This document shows, piece after piece, positions 27,248 through 36,708 of a stretch of 64,000 bases of DNA (position 1 is its first letter; each line of letters begins with the position of its first letter). A program made the translations under genes and the position numbers. Below the pieces are notes generated by a model. That model saw only the letters and a list, made by a program, of their open reading frames with translations. It was not told the DNA's origin and did no database searches. Source of the stretch: an uncultured Eubacteriales bacterium (GTDB taxonomy: Bacteria > Bacillota > Clostridia > UBA1381 > UMGS1253); the NCBI GenBank assembly GCA_902492065.1, contig CABUKE010000001.1:257347-321346 (forward strand), written 5' to 3'.

Positions 27248-29131
27248 TTATTTGCTGCCGTGGATCTCCACTTCCAGCAGAGAGTTCCAACTGGAGGAAG
27301 CGGCGGAGTCGTTCCCATTGCAGATTACGCGGACATATTTGCCTTTGACCGGTGTGAAGGTATAGGTTTCAAGCTGGTCGGTTGTACCGCCGCTCACACC
27401 TGTGAAGGCGGTCGTATAATCAACGCCGTTTTCTGATACGGCAATCTCAAAGTTGGATTTCCGTTCGTTGCCCTTATACCATGCGAGCGCTACGCTGTCA
27501 ATGTTGTATATGTCGTCAAGCTCGTACTGAATCCAAACGCCTTTGCCTTCTGCGTCCCAACGGTCGTCCGGAACAATCTGGCCGTCCATGGTAAACAGCT
27601 CTTTCGTATAATTTTTCAGCACGCTCTTAGTTGAAACAACCGGGAGACCGCCGCCCTTGAACTCGCCATCTTTGAGAATTGTATTAACCGGACCGGAGGT
27701 AATCTTCGCCGTGCGGGTTTCCTCATCCCATTTTACTGTTGCGCCAAAGTTTTCCGCGATGAAACGGAGCGGAACCAGCGTACGGTCGTCAATGACCGTT
27801 GCTGCAACGTCGAGCTCAACCGGCTTGCCATTCACATATGCGGTCGTGCTGTCAATCGGCAGGCTAACCGTTGTTTCGTCAAGCTGGCCCCCAGCGGTAT
27901 TATTTTCTTCGTCCCAGGTCACGGTCGCACCCATCTGCTCAAAAATCGCACGGAAGGGAACCATCGTCCGGTCGTTGATGATGGTCGGCTCTACGTCAAA
28001 TGTCATCATCTCGCCATCAAGAATGACCTTGACCGGCTCAGTGCTTGGGTCAATCACCTTCAGCGTAAGCACAGCGTCGTCCTTTGCGCTAAATTTGAAT
28101 GTAAATGTATAGGTATCCTTGTCAAGCGACATCAGATAGTCGGATTTAAGCAGTACGGTGTCGCCGTCTACGGTGTAATCCGTATCCTTGACAAGCTCTG
28201 TCCCGTTATTGGAAACAGAAGTGAGCGTGTTGCCGTTAAGCGTCATGGTAACAGCGAAGTCGCCCGGGTTAGCTGCCTTATTATATTTGCTGTTTTCCGG
28301 GAATACGCTCGACACACCGTTGAGCTGGTTATAATACTCGGTCGGCGTCATGAAGATGGTGTTTTTCTCCATCAGGTAGTCGATAATCTTTTCAAAGTTT
28401 GCCCAGCTCTCGTCGTTGAAGTTGCCCGGATGCCCCTGCAACACGAGATAGGGCTTATCCTTCTTTGAGGATTCGTACGTTTCTACGAACTTGTCGTAGT
28501 CTACAACGCCCGTGTCAGTCTCCAGGTTGCCGCTCTCACGCAGCATAAGCTGGTTCCCACCCTCAGTTACGGAAGGGAAGAAGAACACCTTCATCTGCGG
28601 CAGGTCGTTAAGCGCCTCGATCGTTACAGCGTCGGTTGCGTTGTACGGCGGGCCAAAGGTGCGGAGCGTAATCCCACACTTTTCCTGCATCAGGTCAATC
28701 GTATCCTTGAGCTGTTTATACTGTTGCTCATATGTACCGCCGGAAAATTCGACCTGATTCGCCTTGTCGTGGTAGTAGCCGTGGTGCCAAATTTCGATAT
28801 TGCCATCTGCTACAAAGCTTTTGATATCGTCGTAATACTCTTCTTTTTTACCGTCATCCTCCAATGAAATGCCGATTACACCAAAGCTTGCTTTAATTCC
28901 CTTTTCGTCAATAATACCTTTTGCCTTCTTAAATGCGTCCCGGGCGCCCGTACCTTCACGGATATCGTCGAGCTTGAGCAGGATGACCTGCTTGCCGTCA
29001 ATGGTCGTCGGCTCGGACGAGGGTTCCGCCGCACTTGCCGTAAACGGCATTGCAGCAGTCAAAAGCATTGCTGCCGACAGGGCGGCAGAAACGATTTTGG
29101 ACAAAAATTTTCCCTTTTTGTACATATCCAT
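27248..29131 (-). CDS. secreted paralog of the downstream gene with an extra Ig-like insert (deacetylase-fold, Ig-like, copper-amine-oxidase-N-like, discoidin domains)
   Basis: A signal peptide is present (...AMLLTAAMPFTASAAEP). LLKLDDI...IEIWHHGYYH, NDRTMVPFRAIFEQMGATVTWD and DDRTLVPLRFIAENFGATVKWD match the neighbour. The C-terminus reads IDSVALAWYKGNERKSNFEIAVSENGVDYTT...KYVRVICNGN. Confidence 0.75.
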   Translation of the reverse strand: MDMYKKGKFLSKIVSAALSAAMLLTAAMPFTASAAEPSSEPTTIDGKQVILLKLDDIREGTGARDAFKKAKGIIDEKGIKASFGVIGISLEDDGKKEEYYDDIKSFVADGNIEIWHHGYYHDKANQVEFSGGTYEQQYKQLKDTIDLMQEKCGITLRTFGPPYNATDAVTIEALNDLPQMKVFFFPSVTEGGNQLMLRESGNLETDTGVVDYDKFVETYESSKKDKPYLVLQGHPGNFNDESWANFEKIIDYLMEKNTIFMTPTEYYNQLNGVSSVFPENSKYNKAANPGDFAVTMTLNGNTLTSVSNNGTELVKDTDYTVDGDTVLLKSDYLMSLDKDTYTFTFKFSAKDDAVLTLKVIDPSTEPVKVILDGEMMTFDVEPTIINDRTMVPFRAIFEQMGATVTWDEENNTAGGQLDETTVSLPIDSTTAYVNGKPVELDVAATVIDDRTLVPLRFIAENFGATVKWDEETRTAKITSGPVNTILKDGEFKGGGLPVVSTKSVLKNYTKELFTMDGQIVPDDRWDAEGKGVWIQYELDDIYNIDSVALAWYKGNERKSNFEIAVSENGVDYTTAFTGVSGGTTDQLETYTFTPVKGKYVRVICNGNDSAASSSWNSLLEVEIHGSK

Positions 29132-29282
29132 AACCTCCTGTAAAAAATAACAATAAACAAATACAGCTACAGTTTACACGAAATCCAATAAAAAATCAAT
29201 ATCTTTTGACGTTATGGTTAGAATATTTATACAAATATAAAAATTTTTTTTAGCTGGAGTGAAAAGTTTATTTCTGCTCTAA

Positions 29283-29333
29283 AAAGGCCGAAAATAAAAG
29301 CGGCAATTACTCTTTTAAAATCGGGTAATTGCC
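29283..29333 (-). terminator. terminator after the flippase gene
   Basis: The minus strand has GGCAATTAC-(14-nt loop)-GTAATTGCC followed by GCTTTTATTTTCGGCCTTTTT. Confidence 0.55.
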
Positions 29334-29435
29334 ACTTTCAATCAAATATCCCTGCGGGAGCGGGCCCTTTTTTATTCAGAGAGCACTTTCTTGGTAAAAA
29401 ACGAGGTCACCAATTCAAATCTGGTTAGCAGATCC

Positions 29436-30821
29436 TTATCTCTTTATAAATCTTGCGCGCAGAACTGCGATTACATCTTTGAAATTCAACATCAATACAA
29501 ACAGAGTAAGTATAATGGAATAAACAAGATAGAATGGGCATTGGCTAATCATAATGGCGCATTCAGCGCTGAGCGCAATAATATTGCATACCAGCCTGCC
29601 TATATTCCAGCGGATGCGGACATACTTTCTCGTATGCACAGCACGTACGGCAAACATTACAAAATAGCTTACCAGTGTTGCAAACGATGCACCGTAAATT
29701 CCAAATAAGGGAATCCACAGAATATTGAACACAATATTGACCACAACGCCGAGAACGGTTGTCAACAGTGTGCAGACACTCTTTTTCTCCACCATGTAAA
29801 TGCTCGATAAAAACGTAGCAATGCAGGAAAAGGTCGTTGCCATGACGAGGAATGGGATATATTGCCACGCCTCGTAGTATTCCGGCGCGGCCAAGATCCG
29901 CGTGGAAAGCTGCGCCGTCACAATCAGGACGGCTGCAACGGAAAAGGCCAGAGCTTGGTATACGCTGCATACACGAGAGAAAAACTGATCGCGCCCTTCT
30001 TCCTCTGTAACAGCGCTGATTTGCCATGCTTCGGCAAAAATGTTCGCCACAATCATCAAGATTGTCGGAATTTTATTCGACACAGCATAGATACCGTTTG
30101 CCGCCTCACCCATCATATAGGTAATGATGTAACGGCCCGAGATGCTTACAATCAAAGAACATACCGTGTTTGGAATCAGCGGCATACAGTAGGCGAGCAT
30201 TTTGTAATACAGCGCCTTTGTGACTTTTTTGAAGCTGAGAAAGCGATGCAGCCGCGTCAGCAGGAACACAAGAACCGCACAGGTAAAGTCCGTAATAATG
30301 GTTGACCATATGTATCCTGCGATGCCCCAACGGAACACAACGAGAAACAAAATATTGAGCACAATGGTTAAAATAGTGGAAAAGACGCCGTCAATCGCAT
30401 AGAAACGTACATAGCCGATTGCCCGCGCAAACTGGGAACAAAGCCCATGAAGCGCTGACGCGAGCACAAACAGATACAGATATTGGGTGTATCCTTGTAA
30501 TACCGTTACCTTTGAAATGAGCGGGTCGCATAAAACCATGATGACAAACCCAAGCAGAATCGTCATCAGGCCAATCGTAAACACGCCTTTCTTACTTGTG
30601 GAACGCTCCAGCCCAAAGCGAATAATTGCATTATTGATCCCAATTGTGGCAAACGGAATCAATAGGTTGCACGTTTGTACCAGTACGTCAACGAGGCCAA
30701 AGTCGCTCGTTGACATGACCCTTGTGTATAAGGGCATCATTAAAAAGATTAATACTTTCGAGCTGAACGCCGCAATTGCGAATACAAACGTATTGCTGAC
30801 CAGCCGCTTATATTTATCCAT
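29436..30821 (-). CDS. polysaccharide biosynthesis protein / oligosaccharide flippase (MOP superfamily, Wzx-like)
   Basis: The 461-aa protein has about 12-14 TM helices. MDKYKRLVSNTFVFAIAAFSSKVLIFLMMPLYTRVMSTSDFGLVDVLVQTCNLLIPFATIGINNAIIRFG is typical of the Wzx/polysacc_synt N-terminus. Confidence 0.8.
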   Translation of the reverse strand: MDKYKRLVSNTFVFAIAAFSSKVLIFLMMPLYTRVMSTSDFGLVDVLVQTCNLLIPFATIGINNAIIRFGLERSTSKKGVFTIGLMTILLGFVIMVLCDPLISKVTVLQGYTQYLYLFVLASALHGLCSQFARAIGYVRFYAIDGVFSTILTIVLNILFLVVFRWGIAGYIWSTIITDFTCAVLVFLLTRLHRFLSFKKVTKALYYKMLAYCMPLIPNTVCSLIVSISGRYIITYMMGEAANGIYAVSNKIPTILMIVANIFAEAWQISAVTEEEGRDQFFSRVCSVYQALAFSVAAVLIVTAQLSTRILAAPEYYEAWQYIPFLVMATTFSCIATFLSSIYMVEKKSVCTLLTTVLGVVVNIVFNILWIPLFGIYGASFATLVSYFVMFAVRAVHTRKYVRIRWNIGRLVCNIIALSAECAIMISQCPFYLVYSIILTLFVLMLNFKDVIAVLRARFIKR

Positions 30822-30916
30822 ATCTCCAAAACCACCATATCATCAGTTTCCCATAACTTGTATCATTATAGCATGAAAAAAACGTATGGGCAAGTAGGCC
30901 CGGCAAATCCACGCCA

Positions 30917-30950
30917 GACAAAAGGAAAATCCCCGCTATACGCGGGGATT
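30917..30950 (-). terminator. terminator after the 65-aa ORF
   Basis: The minus strand has AATCCCCGC-GTATA-GCGGGGATT followed by TTCCTTTTG. Confidence 0.65.
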
Positions 30951-30961
30951 GAAAACTGCGG

Positions 30962-31159
30962 TCAATTGTCGCCGCCCGCCGCCTCCGGCGGGGCATAATC
31001 ATAGACCGCCTTATACGACTCCACTTCAGCCTCCGAACGCGGTGGCGTAGGCATCAGACCGGTGCAGTCCATGGCAGAGCTCGCATTGCAGGGGTCGATT
31101 TCTTCTACATAGTCGCTTACATAATTTGTTTTGCGTCGTTTGGGTGCTCTGTTTCGCAT
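30962..31159 (-). CDS. small hypothetical protein (65 aa; basic N-terminus, acidic/Pro-rich C-terminus)
   Basis: A GAGGAG RBS lies 8 nt before the ATG at 31159 and the ORF has its own terminator. I recognise no family. Confidence 0.5.
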   Translation of the reverse strand: MRNRAPKRRKTNYVSDYVEEIDPCNASSAMDCTGLMPTPPRSEAEVESYKAVYDYAPPEAAGGDN

Positions 31160-31240
31160 GCTATCAACTCCTCGGTATTAATTTGGCTGCTGTAAGCGCC
31201 AAATATACACGAGACGAGCCGGGAATATCCACAGCTTTCA

Positions 31241-31879
31241 TTAAATTTTGTCAAAAACCAATTGAACAGACGCCGGTAATTCCCGTATGGTAGCAATCGA
31301 CGCTTCTGCTGCATCCACATTGCCAAACCCGTACGAGGCATGGATAAACGGAATCCCGGCCTGCCGTGCTGCATCGCAGTCGCTTTGCGTGTCACCGACA
31401 TATACGGCCTTTTCTATACCGTTTCGTTCCATTACCATACGAATGTTTTCGCCCTTGCTTTTCTTTGTCCGCCCGGAATATTCAAAGTCGGCAAACAGCC
31501 GTTCAAAGCCATGATACGATAGAAACGCTTCTGCATAGCCTGCCTCGCAGTTGCTTACTAGGCATAACATATAATGCTGCGCCAAACGCTCAAGCGTATC
31601 GGCAAGGCCATCGTAGAGCTCCGCACCGTGAGCGGCCAGGTATTCCGCCTCCTCCCGGACACATTCATTTGCAATTTTGAGTCCTTCCTCCTGCGTCATA
31701 TCCGTAAAATACAGAGCAACAATCTGCGACAGCGTCTTTCCCATAAAGCTTTCTACAGTCTTTCTTGTGATCTGCGGAAGATCGTGCCGTTTTAGCACTG
31801 CATTCCAGGAAATCATTACCGGCCCGCATGCGTTCCACATTGTGCCGTCCAAGTCAAAAATTACCGCATTATTTTTCAT
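31241..31879 (-). CDS. HAD-superfamily phosphatase (phosphoglycolate phosphatase-like, subfamily IA)
   Basis: MKNNAVIFDLDGTMWNA carries the DxDGT motif I. LVSNC and VGDTQSDCDAARQAGIPFI are motifs II-IV. The ATG at 31879 is preceded by GAGAGGG. Confidence 0.85.
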   Translation of the reverse strand: MKNNAVIFDLDGTMWNACGPVMISWNAVLKRHDLPQITRKTVESFMGKTLSQIVALYFTDMTQEEGLKIANECVREEAEYLAAHGAELYDGLADTLERLAQHYMLCLVSNCEAGYAEAFLSYHGFERLFADFEYSGRTKKSKGENIRMVMERNGIEKAVYVGDTQSDCDAARQAGIPFIHASYGFGNVDAAEASIATIRELPASVQLVFDKI

Positions 31880-31958
31880 ATTGTAACCCTCTCGCATTTT
31901 AGTATATGTATTATATCACAGAATGTGGATACCGTCTATTATCTTTTGTGAATAAAAT

Positions 31959-31987
31959 TTGACACGTTTGGACAAGTTTGCTATACT
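31959..31987 (+). promoter_or_regulatory. sigma-A type promoter in front of the decayed MATE gene
   Basis: TTGACA (31959-31964), a 17-nt spacer, then TATACT (31982-31987). Confidence 0.45.
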
Positions 31988-32045
31988 GATTTATTATACA
32001 AAGCGTAGCATCGCTTACAAGGACAATGCAAGGGGAAGCGATTGT

Positions 32046-32510
32046 ATGAAGGCAGACAACAGGACACATATTTTTGAGACCATGCCGGTCAGACAGGCCG
32101 TACTGCGGCAGATTCTGCCAGACGATTGCGCTGATTGATAATTTGGCGGACACGTATTTTGTTGGGATGCTCAACGACCCGAGGCAGACCGCGGACTTCA
32201 ACCTGTTCTGCGCCGGCGGCGCGAGTATGCTTGCCCAAGCGTTGGGCCGCCGGGAAGCCGGGTACGCAAAGCGAATTTCGTCAGGTTCGTTTTAGGGCGG
32301 GTGCGTAAGCGGTTGTCTGCCTTCTATTCTGTTTCTCGCGGTAGCGCCGCCGATTTTATCCCGATGGTTTTTCTCTGCCGCGCGTCCTTTGCTGTGAGCT
32401 TTTCGGGTTCTGTTTATCGACGATACGGTTATGCTTCAAGGCAATGGATACATGCCGTTTTTTATTTTTGCAACTACTTAATAAGAATATTTACAAAGAG
32501 TTCATAGAAT
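32046..32510 (+). pseudogene. frameshifted, truncated remnant of a MATE-family efflux transporter
   Basis: The ATG at 32046 gives MKADNRTHIFETMPVRQAVLRQILP, then hits a stop at 32136. The next frame continues ..TIALIDNLADTYFVGMLNDPRQTADFNLFCAGGASMLAQALGRREAGYAKRIS. That matches the MATE N-terminal pattern (P..l..l..lvDt.FVG.LG...lAa..l......l..alG.G), then hits further stops. Only ~0.45 kb is present, against an expected ~1.35 kb. Confidence 0.45.
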
Positions 32511-32609
32511 TTATAAATTAAGATATAGACACTCCCATCTATATATACTATACTGTAAAAGGAGACGAAAGTATTTATAATTCTTCTGAGTTAGAGGAGG
32601 TACGTATAT

Positions 32610-33851
32610 ATGTTTGTTTTGGATGTATTAAGGCTTTTGCTCGCCATTGGTATTGCCTATCTGGCAGGCCGCTTGGTCGCAAAACTCAAACTTCCCGCCA
32701 TACTGGGCTGGCTGATTGCGGGTATGGTTCTCGGACCGCATGCGTTTGGGCTTATGAGCGACTCACTGATGAGTGCGCAGTGGTATGGAATAGCAGAAAG
32801 CATTTTGGAGTGTACGGTCGGTCTCATGATTGGAACAGAATTGATTTGGCGTAAAATGAAACGCGCCGGAAACCAAATTGTTGTAACGACAATTATGGAA
32901 TCGCTTGGAACTTTTCTGGTTGTGAGCCTTGTCTTTGGTGTAATATTCTGGTTTACTGGTATCCCGGTTTATCTCGCGTTTCTGTTTGGCGGGATTGCAT
33001 TAGCCACTGCGCCTGCTCCGTCGTTGTCCATCGTTAATGAAATGAAAACGTCCGGCCCCGTTACGCAGACGTTGATACCTATGGCAGCGCTGGACGATTT
33101 AGTTGGCGCGCTGGTGTTTTTTACGGTTGTAGCCATTGTAAGTGCAAATATTTCAGAGCAGAGCATTCCGGCTGCAGCAATTCTGCTTCTTGTTTTTCTT
33201 CCGGTTCTGCTGGGAGCGGTTACGGGGTTTCTCACAGGTAAAATGATGCAAAAGGCCAAAGGAGTAAAAGCGTCGCTTATTATTTTAATCGTTATGCTAC
33301 TTGTTTCCTGCGCCATTGGTATTTTTCTCAATGAGATGGTTCTGCCTGCGCCGGCGCTGAACTTTTTGTTGCTTGGAATGGCGTTTTCCACGGTTTTTTC
33401 GAATATGATATCGGAAGAGCAACTCAACGATATTATGAAAGTAATGAATCCGGTTATTGGATTCGGATTAATTGTAGTAATTTTGAATTTGGGGGCTCCG
33501 CTGGACTATCATCTGATTTTTGGCGCAGGAATTTATACGACTGTGTATATTATTGCACGTGCAATTGGAAAATATAGCGGGGCTTATTTTGGCGCGGCAG
33601 TTACCCATGCTCCGGTTACCGTAAAGCGGTATTTGGGTTTTACACTTTTGCCGCATTCCGGCGTATCGCTGGTATTTACCGGAATTGCTGTATCGGTTTT
33701 GAGCGGGCCTGCTCCGGAATGTGCGTCGGTTTTACAGGGAACGATAGCTGCTGCGGCTGTTATTAATGAGATAATAGCTGTATTCATGGCAAAAAAAGGA
33801 TTTGAATGGGCAGGAGAACTCCATAAAGCGCAGGAAGTGACTGAAAAATGA
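32610..33851 (+). CDS. cation:proton antiporter (CPA2/Na+-H+ exchanger family)
   Basis: The 413-aa polytopic protein starts MFVLDVLRLLLAIGIAYLAGRLVAKLKLPAILGWLIAGMVLGPHAFGL, typical of a KefB/NapA-like N-terminus. A GGAGG RBS is present. Confidence 0.85.
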   Translation: MFVLDVLRLLLAIGIAYLAGRLVAKLKLPAILGWLIAGMVLGPHAFGLMSDSLMSAQWYGIAESILECTVGLMIGTELIWRKMKRAGNQIVVTTIMESLGTFLVVSLVFGVIFWFTGIPVYLAFLFGGIALATAPAPSLSIVNEMKTSGPVTQTLIPMAALDDLVGALVFFTVVAIVSANISEQSIPAAAILLLVFLPVLLGAVTGFLTGKMMQKAKGVKASLIILIVMLLVSCAIGIFLNEMVLPAPALNFLLLGMAFSTVFSNMISEEQLNDIMKVMNPVIGFGLIVVILNLGAPLDYHLIFGAGIYTTVYIIARAIGKYSGAYFGAAVTHAPVTVKRYLGFTLLPHSGVSLVFTGIAVSVLSGPAPECASVLQGTIAAAAVINEIIAVFMAKKGFEWAGELHKAQEVTEK

Positions 33852-35173
33852 CCCAAAAGGAGCAGCGGACACTGTTTGACCGGAATGACGCACAGCCGCT
33901 GGCGGCGCGGCTGCGGCCGCAGACCATAGAAGAATATGTCGGACAGACGCATTTGATGGGCGAGGGGAAGGTTCTGCGCCGTTTAATTGAGAGCGACCAG
34001 ATTTCTTCCATGATTTTCTGGGGGCCGCCCGGCGTGGGGAAGACGACGCTTGCACGCGTTATCGCGAATCACACAAAGGCCGCCTTTATTGACTTTTCCG
34101 CCGTGACGAGTGGAATCAAGGAAATCCGCGCTGTGATGGAACAGGCGGAGAGCAACCGCAGGTTCGGGGACAAAACGATTGTGTTCGTCGACGAAATTCA
34201 CCGCTTCAACAAAGCGCAGCAGGACGCGTTTCTGCCCTTTGTGGAGAAGGGAAGTATTATTTTAATTGGTGCGACGACGGAAAATCCCTCTTTTGAGGTG
34301 AACGGGGCGCTTTTGTCCCGGTGTAAGGTGTTTGTGCTTCATGCACTGACGACAGAGGATTTAAAGGTTTTGCTCACTCGCGCGCTGAAGGACCCGCGCG
34401 GCTTTGGAAACCAGACGGTACGTATCGAGCCGGATATGCTTGACGCGATTGCAAATTTTGCAAACGGCGACGCGCGCACCGCGCTTTCCACCTTGGAGAT
34501 GGTCGTGCTAAACGGTACGGTTGAGGGCGATTCCATCACAGTGACAGAGGAAACGCTCGAGCAATGTACGTCCAAGAAATCCTTGCTTTACGATAAACAG
34601 GGTGAGGAACATTACAATCTGATTTCTGCCCTGCATAAATCCATGCGCAATTCCGACCCGGATGCGGCGGTCTATTGGCTGGCGCGGATGCTGGAGGCGG
34701 GGGAGGACCCGCTCTACATTGCGCGGCGGGTAACGCGCTTTGCAAGCGAGGACGTCGGCCTTGCCGACCCGAAGGCGCTGGAGATTGCGGTGGCGGCATA
34801 CCAGGCGTGCCACTTTATCGGGATGCCGGAATGCTCGGTACATTTGACCGAGGCGGTCGTCTACCTGTCGCTTGTTCCAAAGTCCAATGCACTCTATATT
34901 GCCTACGAGCGGGCCAAAAAGGACGCCCTGACGCAGCTTTCCGAGCCGGTGCCGCTTGTGATTCGCAACGGCGTGACAAAGCTGATGAAGGAGCTTGACT
35001 ACGGGAAGGGGTATCAGTACGCGCACGATACGGCTGAAAAGCTGACCGATATGCGGTGTCTGCCTGATTCGCTTCTGGGACGGGAATATTACCAGCCGAC
35101 AGAGCAGGGGGCAGAAGCCAAATTCAAAACCCGCTTTGAACAGATTAAAGCCTGGAAACAGCAAAAAAAGTAG
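33848..35173 (+). CDS. rarA: replication-associated recombination protein A (AAA+ ATPase)
   Basis: [51 protein letters not shown]...[19 protein letters not shown]...[30 protein letters not shown]. An ATGA start/stop overlap joins it to the antiporter gene. Confidence 0.93.
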   Translation: MTQKEQRTLFDRNDAQPLAARLRPQTIEEYVGQTHLMGEGKVLRRLIESDQISSMIFWGPPGVGKTTLARVIANHTKAAFIDFSAVTSGIKEIRAVMEQAESNRRFGDKTIVFVDEIHRFNKAQQDAFLPFVEKGSIILIGATTENPSFEVNGALLSRCKVFVLHALTTEDLKVLLTRALKDPRGFGNQTVRIEPDMLDAIANFANGDARTALSTLEMVVLNGTVEGDSITVTEETLEQCTSKKSLLYDKQGEEHYNLISALHKSMRNSDPDAAVYWLARMLEAGEDPLYIARRVTRFASEDVGLADPKALEIAVAAYQACHFIGMPECSVHLTEAVVYLSLVPKSNALYIAYERAKKDALTQLSEPVPLVIRNGVTKLMKELDYGKGYQYAHDTAEKLTDMRCLPDSLLGREYYQPTEQGAEAKFKTRFEQIKAWKQQKK

Positions 35174-35176
35174 GAA

Positions 35177-35215
35177 ACGGACGGTGGAACGTGATTCCGC
35201 CGTCCGTCTTTATAT
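35177..35215. terminator. bidirectional terminator between rarA and the convergent GH140-like gene
   Basis: ACGGACGGTGGAA-CGTGA-TTCCGCCGTCCGT followed by CTTTATATTTATTTTTT. Confidence 0.7.
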
Positions 35216-36499
35216 TTATTTTTTATACGCAAGCAGCAATATATCCTCGTTTTGGCTTGTTCTTGTGATATTTGTTTCACCGTTTACCACTTGCGCCTCA
35301 ACCTGCAAAATCCGTCGGCTTTCCAGCGCGATTGCAAAAACTGTATATCCGCTTAAATCCCGTTTAATGGTGATATCGTCGTTATAGGGCAGGTACACGG
35401 CGATCTGGCTGCTGTTCGCAGCCATACAAATAGCGCTGCTCCGTGCGGCATAATCATTGCAGGGGCAGAGCTGGCCCATATTGTATTGTTCATACAGGTA
35501 TTTCAAGTAGCCGACATCCCATGCCCCGGCAAAATTCAGTGTGTCATACCATGAATATGGCATACTGGAGTAGCCGGCATTATTAAACTGCTCACCTGCT
35601 GTATAAAGCTGCCACATGCCGTGCGCGCCGTAGCTTACGCCTGCGCTTGCGCCGGAGAGGACGCTCTGCCATGCGGCACGGCGCACATCCCTCGCACCAA
35701 ACCGCCCGTATATGCCCCCGAAGCCATGTCCTTCATAGCACGGCTCTGTATTTACAATCGGCTTTTTTGTTTTTTTGTCCAAAAACTGCTTGGAATAGGC
35801 CAGCATGGATTGTTGTCCTTCGTTTTCTTCCGTGCTGAGGTTGTGCCCCGACTGATACGCGTAAAAGTGGTACTGGGGATGTTCGCACAGACGGTCGGAA
35901 GGGTCGGCGCCCGGGAACAGGTGCAATGTGGTCAGTCCTTGCGGGTCAATCTGTAACAGCGTATCAAGAATATGGAGGTAATGTGCCTCAATTTGTTCAG
36001 TTTGCAGTCTTGTGTCGCCGGAAACGGAGTAGATAGGGGCGTATTTTTGGAACCGTTTCAGCATGTATTCTGTGAGCGGCCCCAGCCGGTCATATGGAAT
36101 AATCTTAGAATTTGTCCATGCAGCGGCCTCAGGATCCACATAGTCGTTCCAAAAGAGATGTAGAAACGGAATCAGACCATTTTTACACATGATTTCCAAC
36201 AAATTTTCTGCACGGTTAAAATATGCCTCGTTAATTGCTGAATAGTCATAGACTCCTTCTTTTTTAAAAAATGGGTCGATGCCGCGCTCGTCTGTGCTGT
36301 TGTCGTGCAAAATCGGTAACACGCTGATTTGCAGCGCGCTAAATCCCTGCTCGCGGCGCTTGCGGACGACTTGCGTCCAATCCGTTTCCGACATCTTTTG
36401 AAACGCCATCCAGTTTGTGTCGGATAACAGGAAAAACGGCCTGCCTTCCCGTTCGAATCCTGTCCCTGAAGGTGCAATTGCAATTCTGCTGTTTTTCAT
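35216..36499 (-). CDS. DUF4038 / GH140-like (clan GH-A) glycoside hydrolase
   Basis: GRPFFLLSDTNWMAFQKMSETDWTQVVRKRREQGFSALQISVLP...VNTEPCYEGHG... resembles the DUF4038 apiosidase-like family. No signal peptide is present. Confidence 0.65.
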   Translation of the reverse strand: MKNSRIAIAPSGTGFEREGRPFFLLSDTNWMAFQKMSETDWTQVVRKRREQGFSALQISVLPILHDNSTDERGIDPFFKKEGVYDYSAINEAYFNRAENLLEIMCKNGLIPFLHLFWNDYVDPEAAAWTNSKIIPYDRLGPLTEYMLKRFQKYAPIYSVSGDTRLQTEQIEAHYLHILDTLLQIDPQGLTTLHLFPGADPSDRLCEHPQYHFYAYQSGHNLSTEENEGQQSMLAYSKQFLDKKTKKPIVNTEPCYEGHGFGGIYGRFGARDVRRAAWQSVLSGASAGVSYGAHGMWQLYTAGEQFNNAGYSSMPYSWYDTLNFAGAWDVGYLKYLYEQYNMGQLCPCNDYAARSSAICMAANSSQIAVYLPYNDDITIKRDLSGYTVFAIALESRRILQVEAQVVNGETNITRTSQNEDILLLAYKK

Positions 36500-36708
36500 A
36501 AGAACCCCCCCATTACACTACTATGATAAATAATATTTTACTAAATGATTATTGTTTGTCAAGTATATTTTTTACTTTTTAAATATGACTGAATTATTTT
36601 TCTAAAAATTACAGAAAAAAACGGACGAGAAGGTATTTACAAGCGCGCCGTACTGTGCTATGATACGCGTGTGTTTTATGGTGCAAAATACGGCATGGAG
36701 GAAATCAT

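Noticed and set aside
36441-36465. The GTTCGAATCC string, reminiscent of a tRNA T-loop.
   Set aside because: The flanking bases do not form a T-stem (TCCCG versus CCTGT), and no acceptor or anticodon arms are present. It lies inside the GH140-like coding frame.
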